From: an uncultured Gammaproteobacteria bacterium
GTDB taxonomy: Bacteria; Patescibacteriota; Microgenomatia; UBA8517
Reading direction: 5' to 3'
NCBI GenBank assembly: GCA_964395115.1
Contig: CAYMZX010000003.1
Coordinates: forward strand, 14,111-78,110
DNA length: 64,000 nucleotides
This document shows positions 1 to 8,735 of the stretch, one piece after another (the stretch's first letter is position 1; each line of letters begins with the position of its first letter). The translations under genes and the position numbers were made by a program. The notes beneath the pieces are model-generated. The model was given only the letters and a program-made list of their open reading frames with translations, ran no database searches and had not been told where the DNA came from.

Positions 1-1043
1 TTCTTGGGAGAGTGCCAAGTTTTAAGTCGGTAATCTATTTTTTCTTTGAGCTCTCTAACTAGCGTCATCAGCCCGTTTTCGTCGTAGTTCGACTTGCCAT
101 CCGGCGTTTCCCTTTCTAGCAGGTTGACTTTATCTAGTGCCCCCTCCGTTAACAAAACCTCCATCGTGGCCAGATATTTGCGTTTCAATAACTCTTTGCT
201 CGGCATTGCATACCAGTTGAGTATCTCCCGCGGAACCTGCTGTCCTTTGTATGAGACCGTACTTTTTTCATTCTCCTCCTCGATTCTAAATATTTCCCTG
301 ATAAACCTAATTTTGGCTTGGGATAATTTCTCGTTCATAAAAGTTTTTTTGTCGCCGGCGGTATCGTCTAAGTCAATTTGGTGAACGGCGGCAACGGCCA
401 TACGCCAAAAAACGCTATCGTCTTGATATTTAATTGCTTTCTCTCTCAACCCCTCTTTTGCCGTCTCGGGCAAGGGTCCGCGATTAACGGACAGGCCGGC
501 TGGCTCGCTAGCATAGGCAAGTTCGTAAAATGTGGATACCGGGTCGCTTCTAAGTCTCTCCCGAACCCATTCTGACATCATTCTTTTGCCGTCAAAAAAC
601 TTCTCAATAGGCACGCCTAACCCAACCAAAATTGAAAAAGTGCTCTCTCCCCACCTGATATCTGCAACAAGTCTGTCTAGCCACGCTCCGGCCTCCTCGT
701 TTCCACTAGGGATTTCAAGCCCTGCTCTCTCAAGGGCCTCTCTTTGAACATCAAACCATAGCTCGTCATATCTTGAATCGTATGGATAGGGGTTTCTAAA
801 TCTCAAAAGGTGGCGGTCCAAAATTCCTTCAATTTTTGATAATACTGCGTGCATTAAAATCTCGCGATTTTGTTCAATCTCTTTTCTGATATTTTCTTTT
901 TCGCTTTCCGCTGCGCGCGGGAGTCTCTTCAAAGAATCTATTATTGAGGTAAGACTAGAGTCGGCCATATAGTAGGCTCTTTCCGTCTTTCTTGTTTCTA
1001 TCCCGAATAGCTCTTCTGGGCTTATTCCCTCCTTCTCTTGCAT
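1..1043 (-). CDS. Hypothetical protein, runs off the left edge (missing from the ORF track)
   Basis: ATG at 1043-1041 opens a stop-free frame (MQEKEGISPEELFGIETRKTERAYYMADSSL...WHSPK) to position 1; charged, helical-looking, no recognised motif. Confidence 0.7.
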   Translation of the reverse strand, partial: MQEKEGISPEELFGIETRKTERAYYMADSSLTSIIDSLKRLPRAAESEKENIRKEIEQNREILMHAVLSKIEGILDRHLLRFRNPYPYDSRYDELWFDVQREALERAGLEIPSGNEEAGAWLDRLVADIRWGESTFSILVGLGVPIEKFFDGKRMMSEWVRERLRSDPVSTFYELAYASEPAGLSVNRGPLPETAKEGLREKAIKYQDDSVFWRMAVAAVHQIDLDDTAGDKKTFMNEKLSQAKIRFIREIFRIEEENEKSTVSYKGQQVPREILNWYAMPSKELLKRKYLATMEVLLTEGALDKVNLLERETPDGKSNYDENGLMTLVRELKEKIDYRLKTWHSPK

Positions 1044-1153
1044 ATTTTTATTTTTATTTTACCACCCGCCTAGCAATTCTGACAATTTTCTGTGAAAAAG
1101 GCTTCCACTTGAAATCGCCTCTTCACGAAGTAACCTTTAGTTAGGCGTCTGCC

Positions 1154-2203
1154 ATGGAACAACACGCAATACCACAACAAATTTCTTCTTATCAATTTCG
1201 ACTGGTCGGAGATATGACTTTAAAACAATTTTTTCAATTGGCCGGGGGGCTTTTGTTTTCTCTTCTTTTCTACGCTTGCCCCCTGCACCCGCTTATTAAA
1301 TGGCCCTTTATCGTTTTTTTTGCCGTTCTGGGAGTCGCGCTTGCCTTCCTTCCTTTTGAAGAAAGGCCTTTAGAAAAATGGATAGCCGCTTTTTTTAGAT
1401 CGGTCTATTCGCCAACTATTTTTTATTGGCAGAAGACCGTCCACCCCGCTGTTTATTTCCAAGAGGAGGCTCCTGTTCCTGCCGAAAGAATCGTAGCGCC
1501 CCGGGGCGAAAAGGCCCTAAAAGAATACTTGGGCTCAATACCCGAGTCGCCATTTTTGTCGGCGGTGGAAGCGGCGGAGAAGGCCTTTTTGTCCAAAATA
1601 ACAGAGCTTATTGGAGGTTCGCTTGTCAGACCAAAACAAATCGCAGAAACCAAATCTACTTTTCCGCCGAAACAGAAAAGCGAGCTTATAATTCCCCGCC
1701 AGGAGGCCGTCGTGATATCGCCCCCCTCAAAACCGCGGGTTGTCGTTGAAGAAAAACTTGACGAAGGCCGGGCTTCTATTTCCCCCGCGAAACTAACTGG
1801 CGTGGCTCCAGCTATCGAATCTTATGGACCAATTTCCGGAGCAGAAGCCCAGTTTGCTCCCGAAGCGGCACCTCCCCTACCACCAACAACCCCCAATATT
1901 GTTGTCGGTCAAATTTTGGATGAATCTGGAAAAATAATCGACGGAGCAATTATGGAAATAAGAGATGCTGCCGGGCGACCAGTAAGGGCCCTTAAAAGCA
2001 ATAAACTTGGTCACTTCATGATCGCAGCCCCATTGTCAAACGGAAGGTACGAAATGATTATCGAAAGGGAAGGATTCATTTTTGACCCGATCATTTTCGA
2101 GACAAATGGAGAGATAATTCCACCGATTGTTATTAAGGCCAAAGCCAGGCCTCAGCCCGTTGTTAGCGAACCGAACTATGGCGGGTCGGCCGCCCAGATA
2201 TGA
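1154..2203 (+). CDS. PrgI-family (VirB3-like) membrane protein with Pro-rich linker and C-terminal carboxypeptidase-regulatory-like beta-sandwich
   Basis: N-terminal IPQQISSYQFRLVGDMTLKQF, two TM helices and RPLEKWI are typical of PrgI; C-terminal GQILDESGKIIDGAIMEI...SNKLGHF...GRYEMIIEREGF. Confidence 0.8.
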   Translation: MEQHAIPQQISSYQFRLVGDMTLKQFFQLAGGLLFSLLFYACPLHPLIKWPFIVFFAVLGVALAFLPFEERPLEKWIAAFFRSVYSPTIFYWQKTVHPAVYFQEEAPVPAERIVAPRGEKALKEYLGSIPESPFLSAVEAAEKAFLSKITELIGGSLVRPKQIAETKSTFPPKQKSELIIPRQEAVVISPPSKPRVVVEEKLDEGRASISPAKLTGVAPAIESYGPISGAEAQFAPEAAPPLPPTTPNIVVGQILDESGKIIDGAIMEIRDAAGRPVRALKSNKLGHFMIAAPLSNGRYEMIIEREGFIFDPIIFETNGEIIPPIVIKAKARPQPVVSEPNYGGSAAQI

Positions 2204-2859
2204 AAATTCCCTATCTTTCAATCCCGGATGCCCCTCTAGTCGCCACCACCCAGGCTCATTTACCCATCGCCGAAATAACCGAAGATATTGTGCTTTATAA
2301 AGACGGCGGAGCCGCTCTTGTTCTGGAATCAACCTCATTAAACTTCGGCCTGCTCTCCGAAAAAGAACAACAGGCCGTAATCGCCGCCTATGCCGCCCTT
2401 ATCAATTCGCTCTCTTTTGCCATTCAGATTGTTATTAGAACTCAAAGAAAGGACATTAATAATTATCTGGCCTTTCTAGACTCTTCGGCCCAAAAGATTA
2501 AAAACCCGAAGTTGGCGACCCTTATGCAAAGCCATCGACAATTTATTCTCGACTCCATCAAAAAGAAAAATGTTCTGGGGAAAAAATTCTATCTCGTTAT
2601 TCCTTTTAGCCCCCTTGAGTTGGGGGTTGGAAAATCCATCCGCTCAACCCTCGGGAGAGGAAAGCCCCTTCCTTTTCCAATGTCTTACGTCATCAAGAAG
2701 GCCAAAGTTGTTCTTTATCCCCGGCGCGACCATTTAATCCGCCAGGCCGGGAGGCTGGGCATCCGACTTAAACAGCTTTCCAACAACGAATTAATCAACC
2801 TTTTCTTTACAGTCTATAACCCGGAATCCCCGGCGGTTAAGAAGGATGAAATTAAATGA
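2200..2859 (+). CDS. TraC/VirB4 N-terminal-like domain protein
   Basis: LESTSLNFGLLSEKEQ...LINSLSFAIQIVIRT...KKFYLVIP resembles the N-terminal region of Gram-positive-type VirB4; coupled (ATGA overlaps) to both neighbours. Confidence 0.65.
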   Translation: MKIPYLSIPDAPLVATTQAHLPIAEITEDIVLYKDGGAALVLESTSLNFGLLSEKEQQAVIAAYAALINSLSFAIQIVIRTQRKDINNYLAFLDSSAQKIKNPKLATLMQSHRQFILDSIKKKNVLGKKFYLVIPFSPLELGVGKSIRSTLGRGKPLPFPMSYVIKKAKVVLYPRRDHLIRQAGRLGIRLKQLSNNELINLFFTVYNPESPAVKKDEIK

Positions 2860-4646
2860 CTACCCAAACATCCGGGCCTAATATCAAATCCCAGATCGGC
2901 AAGCCGCCAATAACTAACTCCAGCCTTGCCTTATATCAAAAACAGCTTGGGATTTTAGATATTATTGCCCCCAACCAAATCGAAATCGACTTTGATTTCG
3001 TAAAAATAAACGACGTCTATTTTAGAACTTTATTTGTGGCCGGATACCCGCGCTTTGTTTCGCCTGGTTGGCTGGAACCCATTATTAATTTCGATAGCTC
3101 GTTGGATATTTCATTTTTTATCTACCCCGTTGAGGGGAAAACGGTCCTTGACGACCTAAGAAGAAAAATCGCCGAAATGGAGGCGGAAATTGCGACTGAT
3201 TTAGAAAGAGGAAAAATCGTTGACCCGGCCACCCAGGCCAAACTTGAAGACGCTCGCGCCCTTCAAGAACAGCTCGTAAAAGGATCGGAAAGATTTTTCG
3301 AATTTTCGTTTTATATCACCATTCCCGCACCAACGCTTGAAGAATTAAACCAGATTACAAGACGAGTCGAGTCAACCCTGGCCTCTGTAATGATTGTCGC
3401 CAAACACGCAATTTTAGATCAGGAAAATGGGTTTCTTTCCTCTGTTCCATTCGGCATAGACAAGTTATCAATTACCAGGAATATGGACACTACCAGCCTC
3501 GCCACCACTTTTCCCTTAACAAGCGCCGAGCTTTCTGGTGACCAAGGAGTCCTTTATGGAATTAACTCCGAAAACGAATCTTTTATTATTTTTGACAGAT
3601 TCTCTTTGGAAAACGCAAACATGACCATTTTCGCTACTTCGGGGGCAGGGAAAAGTTATTTTGTCAAACTAGAATCCTTAAGAAGTTTGATGCTGGGAAC
3701 GGAGGTCATTGTTATCGATCCCGAGGCTGAATACAAAGCCCTGGCCGAGGCTGTTGGGGGAAGTTTTATCTCTTTTTCCTTCGATTCTCCGTCTAAAATC
3801 AATCCTTTTGATTTATCACAAGTTTATGAGGAGGGTGAGAATCAGTTAGGGTTAAAAATACTCTCCCTACACTCTTTGTTTAAAATCATTATGGGTCAAA
3901 TTACTCCTTCCCAGGAGGCGCTTCTTGATCGGGCGCTAGTTGCGACTTATCGAACAAAGGGAATAACGCAAGATCCCCAGACCCAGAAGAAAGAGCCTCC
4001 TTTGATGGAAGACCTTTATAAAATTCTTATCGGGATGGAAACGGCCGAGGCCCAAGACCTAGCCGCCAGAATCGAAAAATTCGTCAAGGGAAGTTTTGTG
4101 GGTATTTTCGACAAGCACACAAACATTGACATTAAAAATGCTTTTACGGTCTTTTCGGTTAAAGACTTGCAAGAGGTTTTAAGGCCAATTACCATGTTTG
4201 TCATCCTAGATTTTATCTGGACCAGGATCAAAAAAGATCTCAAAAGAAGGCTCCTGGTCGTTGATGAGGCCTGGCACATGATGCGATATCCCGACTCGGC
4301 CCAGTTCCTTTGGTCGGTGGTTAAGCGGGCTAGAAAATATTTCCTAGGGCTCACCACAGTCACCCAGGATGTCGAGGATTTTTTGGCTCAAGACATTGGC
4401 AAGGCTATTGTTACCAACTCCGCCCTTCAGCTTCTTCTGAAACAATCGCCGGCGGCGATTGATAAAGTCTCCGAAGTTTTCTATTTGTCCCAGGGAGAAA
4501 AACAACTGCTTCTCGCCGCCAACATTGGAGAGGGTATTTTTTTCGCCGGGCCCCACCACGCCCCAATAAAAATCGTCTCGTCAGAAGAAGAACATAGGCT
4601 TATTACCACCAAACCAAGCGATCGGTTGGCATCCGGAAAATCCTAG
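2856..4646 (+). CDS. virB4: VirB4/TraC-family type IV secretion ATPase
   Basis: Walker A ATSGAGKS, VIDPEAEY, INPFD, Walker B LLVVDEAW, KRARKY...TQDVEDF, LLLKQ. Confidence 0.85.
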   Translation: MTTQTSGPNIKSQIGKPPITNSSLALYQKQLGILDIIAPNQIEIDFDFVKINDVYFRTLFVAGYPRFVSPGWLEPIINFDSSLDISFFIYPVEGKTVLDDLRRKIAEMEAEIATDLERGKIVDPATQAKLEDARALQEQLVKGSERFFEFSFYITIPAPTLEELNQITRRVESTLASVMIVAKHAILDQENGFLSSVPFGIDKLSITRNMDTTSLATTFPLTSAELSGDQGVLYGINSENESFIIFDRFSLENANMTIFATSGAGKSYFVKLESLRSLMLGTEVIVIDPEAEYKALAEAVGGSFISFSFDSPSKINPFDLSQVYEEGENQLGLKILSLHSLFKIIMGQITPSQEALLDRALVATYRTKGITQDPQTQKKEPPLMEDLYKILIGMETAEAQDLAARIEKFVKGSFVGIFDKHTNIDIKNAFTVFSVKDLQEVLRPITMFVILDFIWTRIKKDLKRRLLVVDEAWHMMRYPDSAQFLWSVVKRARKYFLGLTTVTQDVEDFLAQDIGKAIVTNSALQLLLKQSPAAIDKVSEVFYLSQGEKQLLLAANIGEGIFFAGPHHAPIKIVSSEEEHRLITTKPSDRLASGKS

Positions 4647-4650
4647 ATTT

Positions 4651-6861
4651 ATGAAGCCGAACATCCTAATTGATTCGACAGTTGCCAAAGATCTTCTTAC
4701 GGTTTTGGCGCTAGAAAATGAGGCCGGACCCAAAGAGATCGAGTGGGCACTGAAAATAATTCGCCAAATTCCTGGATATGAAAAAATTTCTCTGGCTAAA
4801 GCGGTACAGGATGTCCATTTGAAAGAAATTCTGGCAGCCATTGCCAGAGAAGAAATTGCGCCTACAACCCCGAAGAATATCAAAATCTTAATCGAGGAGG
4901 CCGTTGCTAGAAAAAAAGCCCAGCAAGAAGCCGAGGCTGCCGGGAAAAAACAAACGGAAAATTTAATTAAAGCAGCCCAAAAATGGGCCTCCGAAAAGGC
5001 GCCAGAAAAAACACAACCAGCAGCCGTGGAATCTCCTTCTCTTCCTGAAGAAGGGTCCGGGCTGGGATTAAAAATTACTCCAGAAACCGGAAGGGTGATA
5101 CAAAAAATTGCCAATCGGGCTATCACGGCCCCGTTTAGGGCAGCTATTTCTTTTGGGGCGCCTATCCTCAAAGTCGAGGAGCCAACCAGGGCTGCCGCCC
5201 TGTCCCTCCTTGCTCATGGTGTGAGAAGTGATCATCTTGAAAGCCAGATCTCCCAGTTGGACGCCAAACAACAGCAAAAAATCCAGACATTAATAAAAGC
5301 GGTAAAAAACGAAGAATCTTTTTTCCCGATCCAAACGAAGCTTCTTAAAAAGGCCTTTCCCGTAAAAGAAATCGCTTTTCTTCTCGGTCCGGCATCAGGG
5401 CTTACTCAAGCCCAAGTGGCCATCTTTTTAAGAACAGAAGAACCAGGTAGGGTCGAAGTTGTTTCTCGTCGATCGTTGGTTGGAGATATTCTTAACCGGG
5501 TAGGACAGCAGCTTTTCGGCAAAGTCTCAAAAAATTTCCTGAAAAGGGGAGCCGAGAAGGGTGCCGAAAAATTAGCAAAAAAGGCAGTGGCCAAGTCCGC
5601 CACCGAGGCCGTTACCACAACTGCGGCTACCGCGACTGGCCCTCCAGGCTGGTTAGTCAAGGTCTTAGTGTGGCTAGGCTCGGAAATTCTACCAAGAATT
5701 CAAAGGTGGATTAAAGAACACTTCAAAGAGATTCTTGCGGCTGGTCTTGTTGGTATCGGCGTGATTATCGGCGGAGGCGCAGGTGCAGCCCTGATGATCG
5801 GCGGTGGGCTGGTTTGGCTAGCGGGGGCGGGGGTAACAACTATTGCCAATTCTTTTGGGGCTTTCGTGTCTTTTTTCGTCTCCGGGCTTTTGGCGCCCGC
5901 GTTGGGCGGTCCCCTCCTTGCAATTCTAGTCGGATTACCCTTGGTGATACTCCTTATTCTTTTTATCATTAACTCGGGGGCATTTGTTGTTCCACCGGCC
6001 GATTTCTCGGCTTTAGGAGAAAATCCCTATGTTGGAGTTGTTAAGGAGGTCTCTCCTACTGGACCTTTTGAAAATTTAAGCCTTCCCGTAACTGTAACAT
6101 ACACAATCACCATAACGGCAAAAAAAGGGGTCCTAACAAACATTCGCTTTGAACACAAGTGCGAAATCGTCGCCGCCAATACTACCTCTCCATGTCCGGC
6201 CCCTCTTCCCAACGTCATTCCCAACGAAATTTCACCATCCGAACCTTATGTTTTTTCTTATGTCCAAACCTATGGCGGTTCTCTCTATCAAAATTCCCTG
6301 GTGATTAACACTTTTACTGTTGCCGCCGACTCCCAAGAGCAGCCAAACGCCTCGGCTTCGACCGTTGCCTCAATAATAATCGGCAATCCTCCCGTCGGCT
6401 GTTATAATGTTTCCGGAAACTGGCCCCCTCGCGAACGGTCGGTTATTCTGGCTGCCATTTCCTGGCTGGTAGGAGAAAGGCGTCCTTTTGTAGCACGGCT
6501 TTGTGCCGCCTACCGCCAGGTCAACCTCTATTACGACCCCGCCCGAGTTTGTGGAGCGTGGGGCTGCGCCCCAGGAGGAAACAATATTTATTTCAATTCT
6601 GGAGGATTGGGAAATATTACCAACGCCACTTATATCTTGGCGCACGAGTCGGGTCATGTTTTGGCTTACGGCTCGCCGAGTCTATACCAAGCCTATCTGG
6701 TCTTCCCCGGAACAATTGGGGAGCTGCCCGTCTGTACGTATGGCGGAAGCGAACCGGCCGAAGGGTTTGCTGAAGCGATAGCTCGCTATGCAATCGGGTC
6801 CGCCTGTCTATCTAACGAGCCTAACAATAAAAAATTTGCGGAAACTTACATATTTAGGTAA
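4651..6861 (+). CDS. Multi-pass membrane protein with Ig-like domain and C-terminal zincin (HExxH) metallopeptidase-like domain
   Basis: Charged helical N-terminus, Gly/Ala-rich hydrophobic block, VTVTYTITIT Ig-like strand, ILAHESGH at 6634-6657 and downstream EGFAEA. Confidence 0.6.
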   Translation: MKPNILIDSTVAKDLLTVLALENEAGPKEIEWALKIIRQIPGYEKISLAKAVQDVHLKEILAAIAREEIAPTTPKNIKILIEEAVARKKAQQEAEAAGKKQTENLIKAAQKWASEKAPEKTQPAAVESPSLPEEGSGLGLKITPETGRVIQKIANRAITAPFRAAISFGAPILKVEEPTRAAALSLLAHGVRSDHLESQISQLDAKQQQKIQTLIKAVKNEESFFPIQTKLLKKAFPVKEIAFLLGPASGLTQAQVAIFLRTEEPGRVEVVSRRSLVGDILNRVGQQLFGKVSKNFLKRGAEKGAEKLAKKAVAKSATEAVTTTAATATGPPGWLVKVLVWLGSEILPRIQRWIKEHFKEILAAGLVGIGVIIGGGAGAALMIGGGLVWLAGAGVTTIANSFGAFVSFFVSGLLAPALGGPLLAILVGLPLVILLILFIINSGAFVVPPADFSALGENPYVGVVKEVSPTGPFENLSLPVTVTYTITITAKKGVLTNIRFEHKCEIVAANTTSPCPAPLPNVIPNEISPSEPYVFSYVQTYGGSLYQNSLVINTFTVAADSQEQPNASASTVASIIIGNPPVGCYNVSGNWPPRERSVILAAISWLVGERRPFVARLCAAYRQVNLYYDPARVCGAWGCAPGGNNIYFNSGGLGNITNATYILAHESGHVLAYGSPSLYQAYLVFPGTIGELPVCTYGGSEPAEGFAEAIARYAIGSACLSNEPNNKKFAETYIFR

Positions 6862-6889
6862 TAATTTAAAGTGCTCAATCGTGCATGAT

Positions 6890-7435
6890 ATGAGAAGGAT
6901 AAGAACTAAAATTGTCATTATTTCTCTAGTCGTCGTTTCAATCGGGGCGATGCTTGTTTTCTTTTGTCCCCGACCGGAAAAATCCCCAGTAGAATTGCCA
7001 GTCAGGGGCGCCAGCTACAAATCTCTCTCCCCCGGAATAAGTACAAAAAGGGAAGTTATTGCTGTCTTGGGAAAGCCCTTAAACGATGATTCCTCAAGTC
7101 TGCTCCGTTTCAATTCAAGCAATCCCAATCTTCCGATGGAAATTTCCTTTGTTGACGATAAAGTAGTTTTTATCAAGGAAATCGTCACGACGAAGGACGG
7201 AAAAACCGCCGACGATATCACTTCACAATATGGGACTGCCCCTCACTTTCTCTATGGACCCGCTTCGGTCAATGGTTTTAACCTTTATGTTTACCCTGAT
7301 AAAGGAATCGCCTATGTCGGCCATGTTGCAGAACCTGTTATTTTGGAAGTTTGGTATTTTCAACCAATCTCGCTTGAGGAATTTCAGCGAAGATGGGCTC
7401 CAAACTATTCAAAAACCCATCGGCCTATCCAATAG
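6890..7435 (+). CDS. Single-TM exported protein with SmpA/OmlA(BamE)/BLIP-like repeat
   Basis: Likely start ATG 6890 (MRRIRTK, then TM); LSPGISTKREVIAVLGKP fits the L-x-x-G-x-x-T-x-x-EV-x-x-x-LG-x-P motif. Confidence 0.55.
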   Translation: MRRIRTKIVIISLVVVSIGAMLVFFCPRPEKSPVELPVRGASYKSLSPGISTKREVIAVLGKPLNDDSSSLLRFNSSNPNLPMEISFVDDKVVFIKEIVTTKDGKTADDITSQYGTAPHFLYGPASVNGFNLYVYPDKGIAYVGHVAEPVILEVWYFQPISLEEFQRRWAPNYSKTHRPIQ

Positions 7436-7446
7436 TTCCCTTATTA

Positions 7447-8556
7447 CTATTCCTGAATCCTGACGGGCATTATCAGATGAAGAAAGTCGGGGTCGGAGGG
7501 GTCGGTAAAAACGCCGGGGGAGGATGAATTGGAAAGCCCTATCTTAGCCGCTTCTCCGGAAATCGCATGTAAGAATTCCTCTAAAAACCGGTAATTGAAG
7601 GCGATTTCAATTTTCTCCTCCCCTTCAATCTTGGCATCAATTCTCGTTGTCTGATTCCCGGAGGAGGAACTTTCGGCGAAAATATCGACAAAGGATCTTC
7701 CCCCTTTAATCTTTACGACATTGCCGGCATCTCTCGCAAAAACTGAAGCTAGTTTAATAGCTCTTAAAAAATCTTCCTTGTCCAACAAAATTTCTGTTAT
7801 CGTTTCCTTAGGAATTATCTTTTCAAAGTCCGGAAATTCACCTTCTAAGATCCTGGAAGACAAAACCATCCCTTCGTTTCCAAAAAGAACTTGGTTTTGA
7901 TTGGGATTAAACGCCATCAAAATCTCTTCATTTTCGGCTATTATCCTTGAAACCTCGACAATCGTCCCCCGTGGAAGGATTAACTTTTCGATTTTTGGAG
8001 AAACCTTTGTTTTCATCTTTTTTTGCGAAAGTCTAAATCCGTCTGTAGCCACAAAAATAATTTGGTTTTTTTGGAAAATGAACAAAACGCCGGTTAGGAT
8101 TGGCCTCGTTTCGTCAGTCGAGGTGGCGAAGGAAACCTGCGAAATTGCATTTAAAAAGAGATTTTTAGGCAAAATAAGAGATTCCTCTTTCCCAATAACC
8201 GAGGGAACAGGCGGAAAATCGGAGGCATTCATCCCTGTCAATGTGGATTCAAAGTTAGCAGCAGAAATCCTTAATTGTTCTTTTTCTCCCTCAAGAGTTA
8301 GGGTTCCTGCCTGAAGATTGGTAATCAATTCGGTTATTGCTTTTCCAGGAACTGTAATTTGTCCATCTTGAAGGCTATCTGCTGGAACGGTTATTGAGAT
8401 AGATGTTTCAAGATTGGTTGAGGCAACTTGAAGTTTTGTTTTTTTAGAAAATAAAAATATATTTCCAAGAACTGGAAGCTGGACTTTTGGACTAACAAAC
8501 CGAGAAGCAACGGTTAATGCTTTGACTAAATTTTCTTGAAGAACTCTAACTTTCAT
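7447..8556 (-). CDS. dnaN: DNA polymerase III beta sliding clamp
   Basis: ETRPILTGV, ATDGFRLS, GEFPDF, IAFNYRFL, LIMPVR; downstream of dnaA. Confidence 0.97.
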   Translation of the reverse strand: MKVRVLQENLVKALTVASRFVSPKVQLPVLGNIFLFSKKTKLQVASTNLETSISITVPADSLQDGQITVPGKAITELITNLQAGTLTLEGEKEQLRISAANFESTLTGMNASDFPPVPSVIGKEESLILPKNLFLNAISQVSFATSTDETRPILTGVLFIFQKNQIIFVATDGFRLSQKKMKTKVSPKIEKLILPRGTIVEVSRIIAENEEILMAFNPNQNQVLFGNEGMVLSSRILEGEFPDFEKIIPKETITEILLDKEDFLRAIKLASVFARDAGNVVKIKGGRSFVDIFAESSSSGNQTTRIDAKIEGEEKIEIAFNYRFLEEFLHAISGEAAKIGLSNSSSPGVFTDPSDPDFLHLIMPVRIQE

Positions 8557-8735
8557 TGTTTTTTATTACCATATTTAAAACAGTAGTTCTAGTAGTAGAA
8601 AGCGTTGATAAGTGGAAAAAGACGCGTCGAGTGGCTCCAGAATTGTTGTTTAAAATAGCCATAAGAAATTGTGTATTTCTTTGTGGATAAAAATTGAAAC
8701 ATTGTTGATAAGTGTAAAAGTCGAGAAACTTTTCC
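8557..8735. other. oriC: Replication origin oriC (DnaA boxes, DnaA-trios, AT-rich tract)
   Basis: Perfect box TGTGGATAA at 8682-8690; degenerate tandem boxes at 8603-8619 and 8703-8719; CAG TAG TTC TAG TAG TAG at 8581-8598; lies in the dnaA-dnaN spacer. Confidence 0.85.

Noticed and set aside
94-747. Three short plus-strand ORFs in the ORF track
   Set aside because: They are shadows of the long minus-strand ORF at 1-1043
1154-7435. Integrative conjugative element
   Set aside because: No integrase, relaxase, coupling protein or flanking repeats visible; spot-checked skew matches the chromosome arm
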